The notes beneath the pieces were generated by a model that did no database searches, was not told the DNA's origin, and saw nothing but the letters and a program-made list of their open reading frames with translations. This document shows positions 16,950 to 25,041 of a DNA stretch of 32,000 nucleotides, piece by piece; position 1 is the stretch's first letter; every line of letters begins with the position of its first letter. Origin of the DNA: Micromonas sp. (Eukaryota); contig CP001330.1 of assembly GCA_000090985.2 (NCBI GenBank), positions 1,113,874 to 1,145,873 on the forward strand. The letters are read 5' to 3'. The translations under genes were made by a program, and so were the position numbers.

Positions 16950-18053
16950 CTACTCGTCCTTGCCGATCCTCCGCTCGACCTCCTCCATGATGCCCTTCCC
17001 CCGCAGCGTCGCCTCCGCCTCCAGGAGCCTCTTGCGCAGGCTCACAGCCTCCGCCTCCGCGTTTACCAGCTTCATCGTCGCCGTCTGGAGCTCCGCCCTC
17101 GCCGCGGCGGCCTCAGCGGTCACGGCCTCCACCCTCGCCCTCGCCACCTCCGCCTCCGCCTCCTTGGCGCCCCTGGTCATCGCCAGCTCAGCCTCCCTCG
17201 CGCCCGCCGCGGCTTCGAGCTCGGCGACTCTCTTCGCCGCCGCCTCCGCCGCGTTCCTCGCGTCCCTCAGCGACCCCGTCGTCTGCGCGAGGTCCTTGGT
17301 GGACCTCCGCAGGGCCTCGTCCGTCTTGGGCGCGCGGCTCTTCAGCTTCGACACCATCGTCTTCTCCCAATCCTCAGCCTTCTGACGCTCGTACGCGGCG
17401 GGCACGGAGGACAACAGAGAGATAACCGCCGTCCCGGTGAGGACGAACCGCAGGGGCATGAGCCACCTCGGCATCAGACCCTTGGACGCGAGGTGCGCGT
17501 CGCCGGCGAGCACCGCGCCCAAACCACCCGCCAGAGCGACGAGCTGCGCGGGAACAGGGAGCGCCAGGGCGGCCCACGCGTAGAGGGAGGGCGCGACGCC
17601 GTAAACGTACCGGCCCGGGCCCGCGAGATTTGCGAGATTTGCGATTGCAAACGCCGCGTCGGCGGCGACCTTGCCCGAACCCGCGGCGACGTGGGCGGCG
17701 CCGTAACCCGACGCGGCAAAGCCCCACTGCGTGCCGCCGAGGAATGAGAGGATCGCCGCGCCGTACCCAGCCTGAGCGGCGGCCCTGTACGCCTCGGGGA
17801 AGACGCCCTCCAGCCCGATCGACGCCGACACCGGGGCGGCGAGGGCGACGAAGGGTATCGCGCCCGCCAGGCCCAGCGCGAGGGGGACGGGTGGAACTTC
17901 CGGGAAGTGCTCGGGATGGAAGCGATAACTCGACGCCGGGGGAGCCGCCGACGCCACGGACGTCGACGACGACGAGGACGCGGTCGACGACGAAGCCGCG
18001 CGAGAGAACGCCCCGCGAAGCGCACGGCCCAGGGATCCGAGTGATGACCTCAT
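16950..18053 (-). CDS. DUF3429-family membrane protein fused to a ~150-aa C-terminal coiled coil, with an N-terminal Ser/Ala-rich presequence
   Basis: A 367-aa ORF from a true ATG (18053..18051). DUF3429-like motifs are present: PLALGLAGAIPFVALA, GYGAAILSFLGGTQWGFA, VAPSLYAWAALALP, LMPRWLMPLRFVLTGTAVISLL. An Ala/Glu/Arg coiled coil follows (AAEAAAKRVAELEAAAGAREAELAM...AELQTATMKLVNAEAEAVSLRKRLLEAEATL). Confidence 0.8.
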   Translation of the reverse strand: MRSSLGSLGRALRGAFSRAASSSTASSSSSTSVASAAPPASSYRFHPEHFPEVPPVPLALGLAGAIPFVALAAPVSASIGLEGVFPEAYRAAAQAGYGAAILSFLGGTQWGFAASGYGAAHVAAGSGKVAADAAFAIANLANLAGPGRYVYGVAPSLYAWAALALPVPAQLVALAGGLGAVLAGDAHLASKGLMPRWLMPLRFVLTGTAVISLLSSVPAAYERQKAEDWEKTMVSKLKSRAPKTDEALRRSTKDLAQTTGSLRDARNAAEAAAKRVAELEAAAGAREAELAMTRGAKEAEAEVARARVEAVTAEAAAARAELQTATMKLVNAEAEAVSLRKRLLEAEATLRGKGIMEEVERRIGKDE

Positions 18054-18292
18054 CGTCGCGAGGCACGCGGATCGTCTCGGTTCGATTCGAAGGATGGGAC
18101 GCGACGCGTGGCACCGCGGCGTTCACGCGAAAGACGCCGAGCGCGCGGAGACGTGCTCGTGCGGCTCGGTCTGCGGCGGGAGCGGTCGGGACCGCGTGTT
18201 TCAAAGCAAGGCGTACCCACCGGTCGGTTGGCAAAAGTTTGGTTTTTGGTTTTGGCAGAGACAACGCCTCCTAATGAGCACTACCGTACAGC

Positions 18293-19192
18293 TCACGCCT
18301 TCTTCCTGGCGTACACGACGTACATCGGGTCCGTCTTGCCCGGCTTGGGAGATATGTCCTGCGCGGCCGGAGGCTCGAAACCCCCCGCGAAGTGAAAGTA
18401 GGCACCGACGATCCAGATGTGGTCCAGGTCACCCGTCGCCGTCCAGATGGACACCGCCTTGGTCGGGAAGCACCGGTTGCTGAAGCTCATCACGGCCAGT
18501 CCACCGGGCTTGAGCACCCTGTTCACCTCTTTCATCATCTCCAGCGGCTTGGTGAGGTAGTCGACACTCACGGCGTTGGTCACCACGTCGAAGGTGTTGT
18601 CCTCGTAAGGCAGAGTCGGGTCCTCGTTGAGGTCCCTCACCGCGTAGTCGCTCAAGATTGGGTTGCGACCCAACTCTTCCTCGTTCATGCCGAGCCCACT
18701 GATCCGACCAGCCTTGTAGTCCTTGGGGTAGTGGCTGATCCACGACGAGCACACGTCGAGGAGCGCCGTGTCCTCCCTGCCGCTCTCGGGGAACACCTCG
18801 GCGTAGTACTTGGTCAGGGCGCCGATGGCGTCGTCGTCGATGTGCTGCACGAACCTGGGCTGCGAGTAGAAGAGGAAGTCGGACGACTCGTCGTACCTCT
18901 GCATCTCCTGTTCGCCGAAGGGGAAGGCGTCCGGGAACTTGGGGTCGACGAGGACCTTGGCGATCTCAGGGTTGGCGCCCGCCGCCTGGCGCGCGACCGC
19001 GATGTCTGAGCGACCGCCCGCGGCGAAGAAGCCGCCCGTCATGATGGAGAACGCGCGACGGGACGGTTTCAGGCCGGGCTTATTAACCGGAGCGGAGGAC
19101 GAGGACGAAGAGGTGGTGGCGGCGGAGGAGCACCGGTTGAGCGCGCGCGCGTTAACAGCGATCAACGTCCGATTGATGATAGACGACATCAT
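18293..19192 (-). CDS. Class I SAM-dependent methyltransferase (Methyltransf_11-like), with a probable organellar presequence
   Basis: The track ORF starts at a GTG (19264). The first ATG is at 19192..19190 (MMSSIINRTLIAVNARAL.. with a Ser-rich stretch). The core reads DFLFYSQPRFVQHIDDDAIGALTKYY...LLDVCSSWISHYP...GLGMNEEEL..NP.LSDYAVRDLN..P.LPYEDNTFDVVTNAVSVDYLTKPLEMMKEVNRVLKPGGLAVMSFSNRCF. This is typical of a conserved plant/cyanobacterial-type methyltransferase family. Confidence 0.85.
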   Translation of the reverse strand: MMSSIINRTLIAVNARALNRCSSAATTSSSSSSAPVNKPGLKPSRRAFSIMTGGFFAAGGRSDIAVARQAAGANPEIAKVLVDPKFPDAFPFGEQEMQRYDESSDFLFYSQPRFVQHIDDDAIGALTKYYAEVFPESGREDTALLDVCSSWISHYPKDYKAGRISGLGMNEEELGRNPILSDYAVRDLNEDPTLPYEDNTFDVVTNAVSVDYLTKPLEMMKEVNRVLKPGGLAVMSFSNRCFPTKAVSIWTATGDLDHIWIVGAYFHFAGGFEPPAAQDISPKPGKTDPMYVVYARKKA

Positions 19193-19387
19193 GGGCGAGT
19201 TGTCTGTGTGGGCCGGAGTGTGGGCCGGAGTGTTCCTCTGCTTGGGGCCGATCGAGTTGGGCACCTCTCAGATAACAAGCCACGTCGATTTTCCATCGTG
19301 GAGGTGACCGCCATCCTTCCTGTCGCTGGCTGGTTTCGGGTACATAACTCAAAAAAACCATGGATCACCAAAATGAATAAGTTCCTG

Positions 19388-19536
19388 CCCCCGATAGCTC
19401 AGTTGGTAGAGCGGAGGACTGTAGACTTGTCTATGCAGCAGAGTAAAATCTGCGTCCAAAACCCCTAACTCCCGAACATGGGAGAGAATGCGAAATAGTA
19501 ATCCTTAGGTCGCTGGTTCGATTCCGGCTTGGGGGA
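19388..19536 (+). tRNA. tRNA-Tyr: Nuclear tRNA-Tyr (anticodon GUA) with a 76-nt intron at the canonical 37/38 position (19425..19500)
   Basis: I folded the cloverleaf by hand. The acceptor is CCCCCGA (19388-19394) paired with TTGGGGG (19529-19535), with discriminator A at 19536. The D arm is GCTC-AGTTGGTA-GAGC. The anticodon stem is GAGGA paired with TCCTT, and the loop is CTGTAG|intron|A. The variable loop is AGGTC. The T arm is GCTGG-TTCGATT-CCGGC. The A box is TAGCTCAGTTGG (19395-19406) and the B box is GGTTCGATTCC (19515-19525). The mature length is 73 nt. Eukaryotic tRNA-Tyr genes characteristically carry an intron at this position. Confidence 0.9.
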
Positions 19537-19569
19537 TTTCTTTTTATTCTTCCGGCTTGGGGGATTTCT
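19522..19569 (+). repeat. Perfect 20-nt direct repeat ttccggcttgggggatttct (19522-19541 and 19550-19569) that duplicates the tRNA-Tyr T-arm/acceptor 3' strand plus trailer
   Basis: Read directly from the sequence. The two copies are separated by the 8 nt ttttattc. Confidence 0.95.
19537..19545 (+). terminator. Probable RNA polymerase III terminator (TTTCTTTTT, containing a T5 run) directly after the tRNA-Tyr discriminator base
   Basis: An oligo-T run sits at 19541-19545, immediately 3' of the tRNA. Runs of four or more T residues are known to act as Pol III terminators. Confidence 0.5.
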
Positions 19570-19797
19570 GAGGACATGGGGGGACGCCCCGCGTCGTCAG
19601 CTACGTCCTCGCAAAGTTTCACATCGATCCGAGCAGTGTGGAGGCGCCGGGGGGTCTTGAGGGCGAGCATCGATGCATGCCAAAAACTTTTGCAAACAAA
19701 CAACATTTCCTGGCGACGAGTTCACAGAGCTCTATTTCATGGTGCTACTTTGCTAAGGGTTTGCCCCACCTCCACTAAACCCTTCGATACGCGCTAA

Positions 19798-20958
19798 TCA
19801 ACCGCCGCCGGATATTGCCTCGACGATTGCGTTTATGTGCGGCTGCGCGAGGTAGAATCCTCCAACCGAAGCCGCCGCCGTCGCCGCCGTCGCGGCTGTG
19901 CCAAACGCGGTCCCTCCCCCCTCGACACCCTTGGCGCCCATGAATCCGTACCATCGGAGCAGCCTCTGCGTCAACGGCAACGTCCCAAACACCGCCATCG
20001 CCGACGACCAAGCCTGGACCACCGCACCGCGCGCGGGCTGCGTGGCACCGGTGAACCAAGCCGCAGGTTCACCCGCTGCTTCCAACCCCGGAAGCAGCAA
20101 CAACATGTTAAGCTCGTAGATGGGGTACTGCGCCAGCACCACCGCCGCGTACACCTTCCACGACGGAACCGCCGGCGCGTGATTTGAGTCACCCGTCGGT
20201 GTCGCGGGGAGCCAACCCCCGAGGGACCCGTCGTCCATGATGACATTCGCCCGAGCCCTCAGCGCGCCATCCGGGTCTCCGCCGTTGAAACGCTCACCCC
20301 GCTTGAGCCACTCCGCGCGTCTGTTCGAGTGCGTCCACCGCTCCATGTCGTCCTGGCGCTGAAACACCACGGCGACGGTCTCGCAGTTCGGTGCCCCGCT
20401 GTGACGCACGTGCTCCAACGACTCCCGATCGTTCTCGGACGAGTCCGGCGGCGACTTTTTCAACCCGCGCCGAATGGGCTTGGCCTCGCCACCCGCGGCT
20501 GGAAAATGCACCCAGCTGAACCTTCCCTCGGGCAGCGGCCGTCTACCCGCCGGTACCGACAGTCCCGCCTGACAGTCCTTGTCCTTCAGCACCGCGTCGA
20601 TCAGGGTCTTACCCTCCGTGAGCCAGGCCTCGTAGTCCTTCCTCTGCTCCGGCGAGACAACCTTGCTCGTACATACCAAGATGGCGGGTTTGAGGGAGGG
20701 TTGGGGGCGGATCGTGGACCCAGACGCGCCTCCATCCTCCCATACGGTGGCGGACGTCGCGAACGACGCGACGGGAGATTGCCAAAACCCTCGCGTGGGA
20801 GCGAATCCGGCGTAAAGGTCGCCGAGAGGTGTCGCAGAATCGTTCGTGCCGTTCCAGGTGGTCGCGGAGACTGCGCGCGTCGCGGAGGACCACGACGACG
20901 ACGAGGGCGCGCTGGTGACGCGGCACCTATGCGAAACACTCCTGGCGAGTGCACGCAT
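19798..20958 (-). CDS. Hypothetical protein with ABM-like (dimeric alpha/beta-barrel) segments and a C-terminal membrane region, plus an N-terminal presequence
   Basis: The track ORF starts at a TTG (21087). The first ATG is at 20958..20956 (MRALARSVSHRCRVTSAPSSSS...). Two segments resemble ABM-fold proteins: ILVCTSKVVSPEQRKDYEAWLTEGKTLIDAV and VAVVFQRQDDMERWTHSNRRAEWLKRGE. The stretch PSWKVYAAVVLAQYPIYELNMLLLLP follows. This combination recalls bacterial ABM-domain membrane proteins (W.S..R..W ... P.WK....L..YP). The family assignment is from memory and is tentative. Confidence 0.55.
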   Translation of the reverse strand: MRALARSVSHRCRVTSAPSSSSWSSATRAVSATTWNGTNDSATPLGDLYAGFAPTRGFWQSPVASFATSATVWEDGGASGSTIRPQPSLKPAILVCTSKVVSPEQRKDYEAWLTEGKTLIDAVLKDKDCQAGLSVPAGRRPLPEGRFSWVHFPAAGGEAKPIRRGLKKSPPDSSENDRESLEHVRHSGAPNCETVAVVFQRQDDMERWTHSNRRAEWLKRGERFNGGDPDGALRARANVIMDDGSLGGWLPATPTGDSNHAPAVPSWKVYAAVVLAQYPIYELNMLLLLPGLEAAGEPAAWFTGATQPARGAVVQAWSSAMAVFGTLPLTQRLLRWYGFMGAKGVEGGGTAFGTAATAATAAASVGGFYLAQPHINAIVEAISGGG

Positions 20959-21169
20959 AATCGGAGCTCGCTCAAACGGCGAGCCTCGAGCCCCAGGCGC
21001 GTATGGCGCCTCGCGAAGTGAAGGGACGCGAAAAGGTCCGAGCCGAGAGCACCGCCGGACGCCAGCTCGAGGTGGGTCGATTGACAAAGAATCACAGCCA
21101 GCTCTAGGGTTGCCACTGCGAGGAGCGCGAGTCGCGGCGGTCGGGGGCGCTCACGCTCGAAGAACGCGC

Positions 21170-21463
21170 ATGTTCTTCTCCGTCGCCCTCCTGGGGCGCG
21201 CGGCCAAGCGCCTTGGTTACCTGCGGCTGACCACCAAGCGCGCCAAGAAGGGCTACTACAAGGGGAAGGGGGCCATCGCGCCGGGGCGGCACACCAAGCG
21301 AGGGTACAAGCTCGACCCGCTGCGCAGGCCGAACTTCATCACGCCGGAGATCGACCTCGCGTCGTTCCCGCTGAAACCCTACGTCGCCAAGACGGTGCCG
21401 AAGAAGCCTCTGCTGGTGCCAGGAGGTCCCCCGGGAGCGGCGTACAGCACCCTCACCCGCTGA
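21170..21463 (+). CDS. MRPL41: Mitochondrial ribosomal protein mL41 (MRPL41/yeast MRPL27 family)
   Basis: The ATG is at 21170, within the longer track ORF 20846..21463. The 97-aa product reads MFFSVALLGRAAKRLGYLRLTTKRAKKGYYKGKGAIAPGRHTKRGYKLDPLRRPNFITPEIDLASFPLKPYVAK. It matches the mL41 signature KRG...YKG.G....G.HT.KG.Y......F.VPDL..F.LKPYV. Confidence 0.85.
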   Translation: MFFSVALLGRAAKRLGYLRLTTKRAKKGYYKGKGAIAPGRHTKRGYKLDPLRRPNFITPEIDLASFPLKPYVAKTVPKKPLLVPGGPPGAAYSTLTR

Positions 21464-21653
21464 CGGGTGCGAGTGGCGGGGACTCGATCTCGTGGGGTTT
21501 GGCGGCCTCGCGGGTTTCGGGGGGGTCTGGAGCGAAAGGGTCGAGGGACTCGTCGCGCGCCGGCACGGGCACGGGGTTGGCGGACGTTAGACTTTAGGAA
21601 TCATCGGTATTTAATATCTCGCACGGTAGATGGCATAGCATCCTGTGAGCACG

Positions 21654-22796
21654 TCAGTCCTCGGCGACGGCGACGCGCTTGATGGACGAGATTTCGAGAC
21701 TGCACATCTCCGACATCTGCCGCTCAAACTGGGCGAGCTCGTCGTTGACGTCGCCGCCGTACACGTCCTCATTCCAGAAGTCTCTCTCCTCGGTCCTCGA
21801 CGACTGCGCGCGCCTGTGCGGACTCAGGCTGGACAGCTCGCGGAAGAAGTCTCCCTCGTTGGAATCGTCGACTTCAAACTCTGAGCGAGCCGACTCCGCT
21901 TTCATCGTCTTCGACTCCGCCTTTTCCTTCTCGCTCGGAGGCGTCGCCGGCGGCTCGGTGGCCTCCTCATCGCATCGCGCGTCCTCGTCCGCATCCCGGT
22001 TCATCGCCGACCGGCCGGTCCTGGTTCGCGTGGGGCTGTCCCTTGCGCCGAGCGCTTCGATCCACTCCCTGTGCGCTGCGGCGAGGTCAAACTCGGCCGA
22101 CGATCCGTCCTTCTTGCCAGCCTTGACGATCCACTCGGGCAAGGGCTTGACCCCAACGATCTCACCAGCCTTTTCCTCCGCCGCCCTCGCCGCCGCCCTC
22201 GCGTCCGCCTCCATCTTCGCGAGCCTCTTGGACTTGTCCCGCTCGACTCGCTCGGCTCGCTCGCGTTCCCATTGCTCGCTCGCCTCCTTCGCCGTCTGGC
22301 CCTTGACGTACGTGTGATGCACCCCCTCCTCGTCCTCTTCCTTCTTCTTACGTCTGAGCTCGCGAAGGTTCTTCATCACCTCCCGCGAGTCCCTCACCAT
22401 GTCCATGGCGTGCTCGAGCTGCGCGCGGTACTCGGTGTTCCAACCCCCCGCGTTTGCGTCGTACGGGTTCGCGGTGCCCGCCTGCGTCGGTCGACGCGCC
22501 GCGAGCGGGCCGTGTCGGACGTCGCCCCAGTCGGCGTGGATGTCGGGGTAGTTGTGCAAGGACTGCTCGCCGAACACGGAGAGCACGTTGCCGTCTTCGT
22601 CCACCGCGGGCCGGTCCCCGTCGGTGCCCTCCACGAGAGTCTGCCACCCGTGCTCCGCCTCTCGCGCCTCGATCTCCGCGACCGCGGCGTCGAGGTTGAC
22701 CTTGGAGGACGACGCGTCCTCGTGAAGCTCGGCGTCATCACCATCCAACGGCTCGAGGGCCGCGGAGTGGTGGACGACTTCCTCGATGAGCGGCAT
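21654..22796 (-). CDS. Hypothetical acidic/charged protein (380 aa); no family recognised
   Basis: The track ORF starts at a TTG (22820). The first ATG is at 22796..22794 (MPLIEEVVHHSAALEPLDGDD...). GC3 is high throughout. A Lys/Glu/Arg-rich central segment is present (RELRRKKKEEDEEG...WERERAERVERDKSKRLAKMEADARAAARAAEEK). Confidence 0.6.
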   Translation of the reverse strand: MPLIEEVVHHSAALEPLDGDDAELHEDASSSKVNLDAAVAEIEAREAEHGWQTLVEGTDGDRPAVDEDGNVLSVFGEQSLHNYPDIHADWGDVRHGPLAARRPTQAGTANPYDANAGGWNTEYRAQLEHAMDMVRDSREVMKNLRELRRKKKEEDEEGVHHTYVKGQTAKEASEQWERERAERVERDKSKRLAKMEADARAAARAAEEKAGEIVGVKPLPEWIVKAGKKDGSSAEFDLAAAHREWIEALGARDSPTRTRTGRSAMNRDADEDARCDEEATEPPATPPSEKEKAESKTMKAESARSEFEVDDSNEGDFFRELSSLSPHRRAQSSRTEERDFWNEDVYGGDVNDELAQFERQMSEMCSLEISSIKRVAVAED

Positions 22797-22944
22797 GTGC
22801 GACCGTGGAGTGCCGCGCAAGGCGCTCCCAACGGATCTGAAAATGGACTGGCACCGGACGGGAGAAATTCAGTTGACTGAAGTGAGAAAATTTAGACCGA
22901 TGTTTTTGAGTCAAATGAAGGTGCCAAAAAATGCCAAAGTGGCT

Positions 22945-24909
22945 CTACTTCGTTCCGGGCAGCTTGTCGCGCAGGTACTCCAGCAACGCCTTGGTCCCGC
23001 GCTCAATCACAGGCCTCCTGATCATCCGCAACATGTTTCCCTCAACCCCGAGCCACCGCAGCCCCGTCAGTAGACCGAGCTCGGGAGGTAAAGTGCCCAA
23101 GTCGTTATTCGTGAGGTCGAGCTCGTCCAACTCGACCAGTCGCGCCACCGCCGGGGACAACGCGCCGATGTGGTTGTCGTTCAACCGCAGGACGCGGAGC
23201 CGGCGCAGGTCGAACACTTCGTCCGGGATCGCGTCCAGCATCGCCTTGCCCCATCGAAGCTCCGTCAGCGTCTCGGCGAGTGGTCTCAGCAGGTTCGGGC
23301 CGCGCGACGGTTGGAACACGATCCCGGTCACGTCCAACTTTCGCAGCCGAGAGGCTCGAGAAAACGCACTCGGCGGCATAGCCGCGGAGAGTCCCTTGTT
23401 ACCCGCCAAGTTTAGCTCCGTCAACGACAGAGGACGTCCCTCGCCGCAAGGTAGCGGCCACTTCTCCAGCGCGTTTCCGTCCAGCAGCAGGGTCTCGAGT
23501 CCGTCGCATCTCTCGACTTCCTCCGCGTCCACCCCACCCCTCAAACCGTTCTCTCCGAGGTCCACGGACGTCACGCCTCTGGCGACTACGCTCCAGAAAT
23601 CATCCGGCAGGCTCTCGAGCCGCTGTCCCCTCAGCGAAACGCCCGACGCGCGTCCACCCTCCGACGCGACCCTCGCCGCGGTCGCCACCGCTCTCGCCGC
23701 ATCCTCCGCGCGAGTCGTCGACTCGTCACCCCTGAACGCCGCTCCCACGCCGGTTTCCTCGGCGCCGAGCTTAGATCGCAGGTGCGCGAGGAGGTCACCG
23801 ATGGGACCACTCAGGATGTTCTGCCTGATGGAACGGATCGGGTTCCCCTCTAGCGCGAGTCTACGCAGGCTCGTGCACCTCCCGAGCTCCGGTGCGACGC
23901 GGGTGACATCGTTACCCGAGGCGTCGACGGTTCGAAGCGGCGCACCCGCAGCGAGCGAAGACGGAAGCTCGGTGAGCCGGTTGGAGCTCACGTCCAGGGT
24001 GGCCAACGCGGCGCAGGTTCCGAGCGCGTCCGGGAGCGCGGTCAGCTCGTTGCGCCCGATGAAGATTTCAGCCAAGTTCGAGCATCCAGAGATGGACGGC
24101 GGGACGCAAGTGATGCGGTTCTCCCTGCAGTCGAGCCGGGTAAGCGACGTAAACGCGCCGACGTCCCTCGGCAAAGCGGTCAGAGCGTTGCCGCTGACGC
24201 ACAAATCTCTGAGCGACGCGAGGCGAGTCATGCCGTCGGGCAGGGTTCCGATGCGGTTGTTGGAGATATCCAGCGTGACGAGCGACGTGCACCCGTCGAT
24301 GGCTCTCGGCAGCTCCGTCAGCGCGCAGCCCGCGACGCGCAGTTCCGCTAATCGGTCGCACGCGCCGATTGATTCGGGGAGTTTGAACAGCTTCGGGTTG
24401 CGCGACACGTTGAGCGCCGCCAAGGTCTCCACCGGCAGCGCATCGGGCAGCATGCGCAGTTTGTTGTCGGAGACATCCAGCGACCGAAGCGGGAGCGACG
24501 CCAGTGCGGTCGCGGGGAGAGACTCGAGCTGGTTGTGCCCCAGATCCAACTTTTGCAACGCGTTCAGCTTTGCGACGTCCTCCGGGAGTTGCGCGATGCT
24601 GTTGTGCGACGCGACGAGCGCGGTGAGCTCCTTTACCTCCCACCACGCGGGCCCTCCACTTTCCGGTGCATCGAAGCTGATCGTCTGCACGGGCGCGCGA
24701 AAATTCTCGGCCGCGTCCGGGTCCTCCGCGTCGAACACCGCGCGCGGGATCTCCGTCATGCCACGATCGCTCAAGTTCAGCACACCCGTTGACTGAGCGC
24801 TCAACAACAGCTTATCGACGCCAGCGACGAGCGAGCCGATGCCGCGGCTGCTGTTGTCGACGTGGCGCATACGCTGCGCGCGCGAGTCGAACTTACCTCG
24901 CGGATGCAT
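22945..24909 (-). CDS. LRRC40: Leucine-rich repeat protein, LRRC40-like
   Basis: A 654-aa ORF from a true ATG (24909..24907). It contains about 20 LRRs of the LxxLxLxxNxLxxLP type (LQKLDLGHNQLESLP, LRSLDVSDNKLRMLP, LVTLDISNNRIGTLP, LATLDVSSNRLTELP ...). LRRC40-specific landmarks recalled from memory are also present: an N-terminal GVLNLSDRGMTEIPRAVF...WWEVKELTALVASHN, an internal LALEGNPIRSIRQNILSGPIGDLLAHLRSKL, and a C-terminal LGVEGNMLRMIRRPVIERGTKALLEYLRDKL. Confidence 0.85.
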   Translation of the reverse strand: MHPRGKFDSRAQRMRHVDNSSRGIGSLVAGVDKLLLSAQSTGVLNLSDRGMTEIPRAVFDAEDPDAAENFRAPVQTISFDAPESGGPAWWEVKELTALVASHNSIAQLPEDVAKLNALQKLDLGHNQLESLPATALASLPLRSLDVSDNKLRMLPDALPVETLAALNVSRNPKLFKLPESIGACDRLAELRVAGCALTELPRAIDGCTSLVTLDISNNRIGTLPDGMTRLASLRDLCVSGNALTALPRDVGAFTSLTRLDCRENRITCVPPSISGCSNLAEIFIGRNELTALPDALGTCAALATLDVSSNRLTELPSSLAAGAPLRTVDASGNDVTRVAPELGRCTSLRRLALEGNPIRSIRQNILSGPIGDLLAHLRSKLGAEETGVGAAFRGDESTTRAEDAARAVATAARVASEGGRASGVSLRGQRLESLPDDFWSVVARGVTSVDLGENGLRGGVDAEEVERCDGLETLLLDGNALEKWPLPCGEGRPLSLTELNLAGNKGLSAAMPPSAFSRASRLRKLDVTGIVFQPSRGPNLLRPLAETLTELRWGKAMLDAIPDEVFDLRRLRVLRLNDNHIGALSPAVARLVELDELDLTNNDLGTLPPELGLLTGLRWLGVEGNMLRMIRRPVIERGTKALLEYLRDKLPGTK

Positions 24910-25041
24910 GCGGCGCCCGGTGCTCCGCTCCGTTTACTGTGTGCCGTTGTTGGTTTCACATGTCGATACTATTCAAACGACGTCGTCGGCAGCCCCAAGA
25001 CGGCCAGACCGAGGGGAGCACCGCCAGCCCGCGGAGGCCAT

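Noticed and set aside
22931-24796. A 621-aa plus-strand ORF antisense to the LRRC40-like gene
   Set aside because: It is Ser-rich low-complexity sequence, whereas the minus frame has about 20 canonical LRRs and the LRRC40 landmarks. I treat it as a GC3 shadow ORF.
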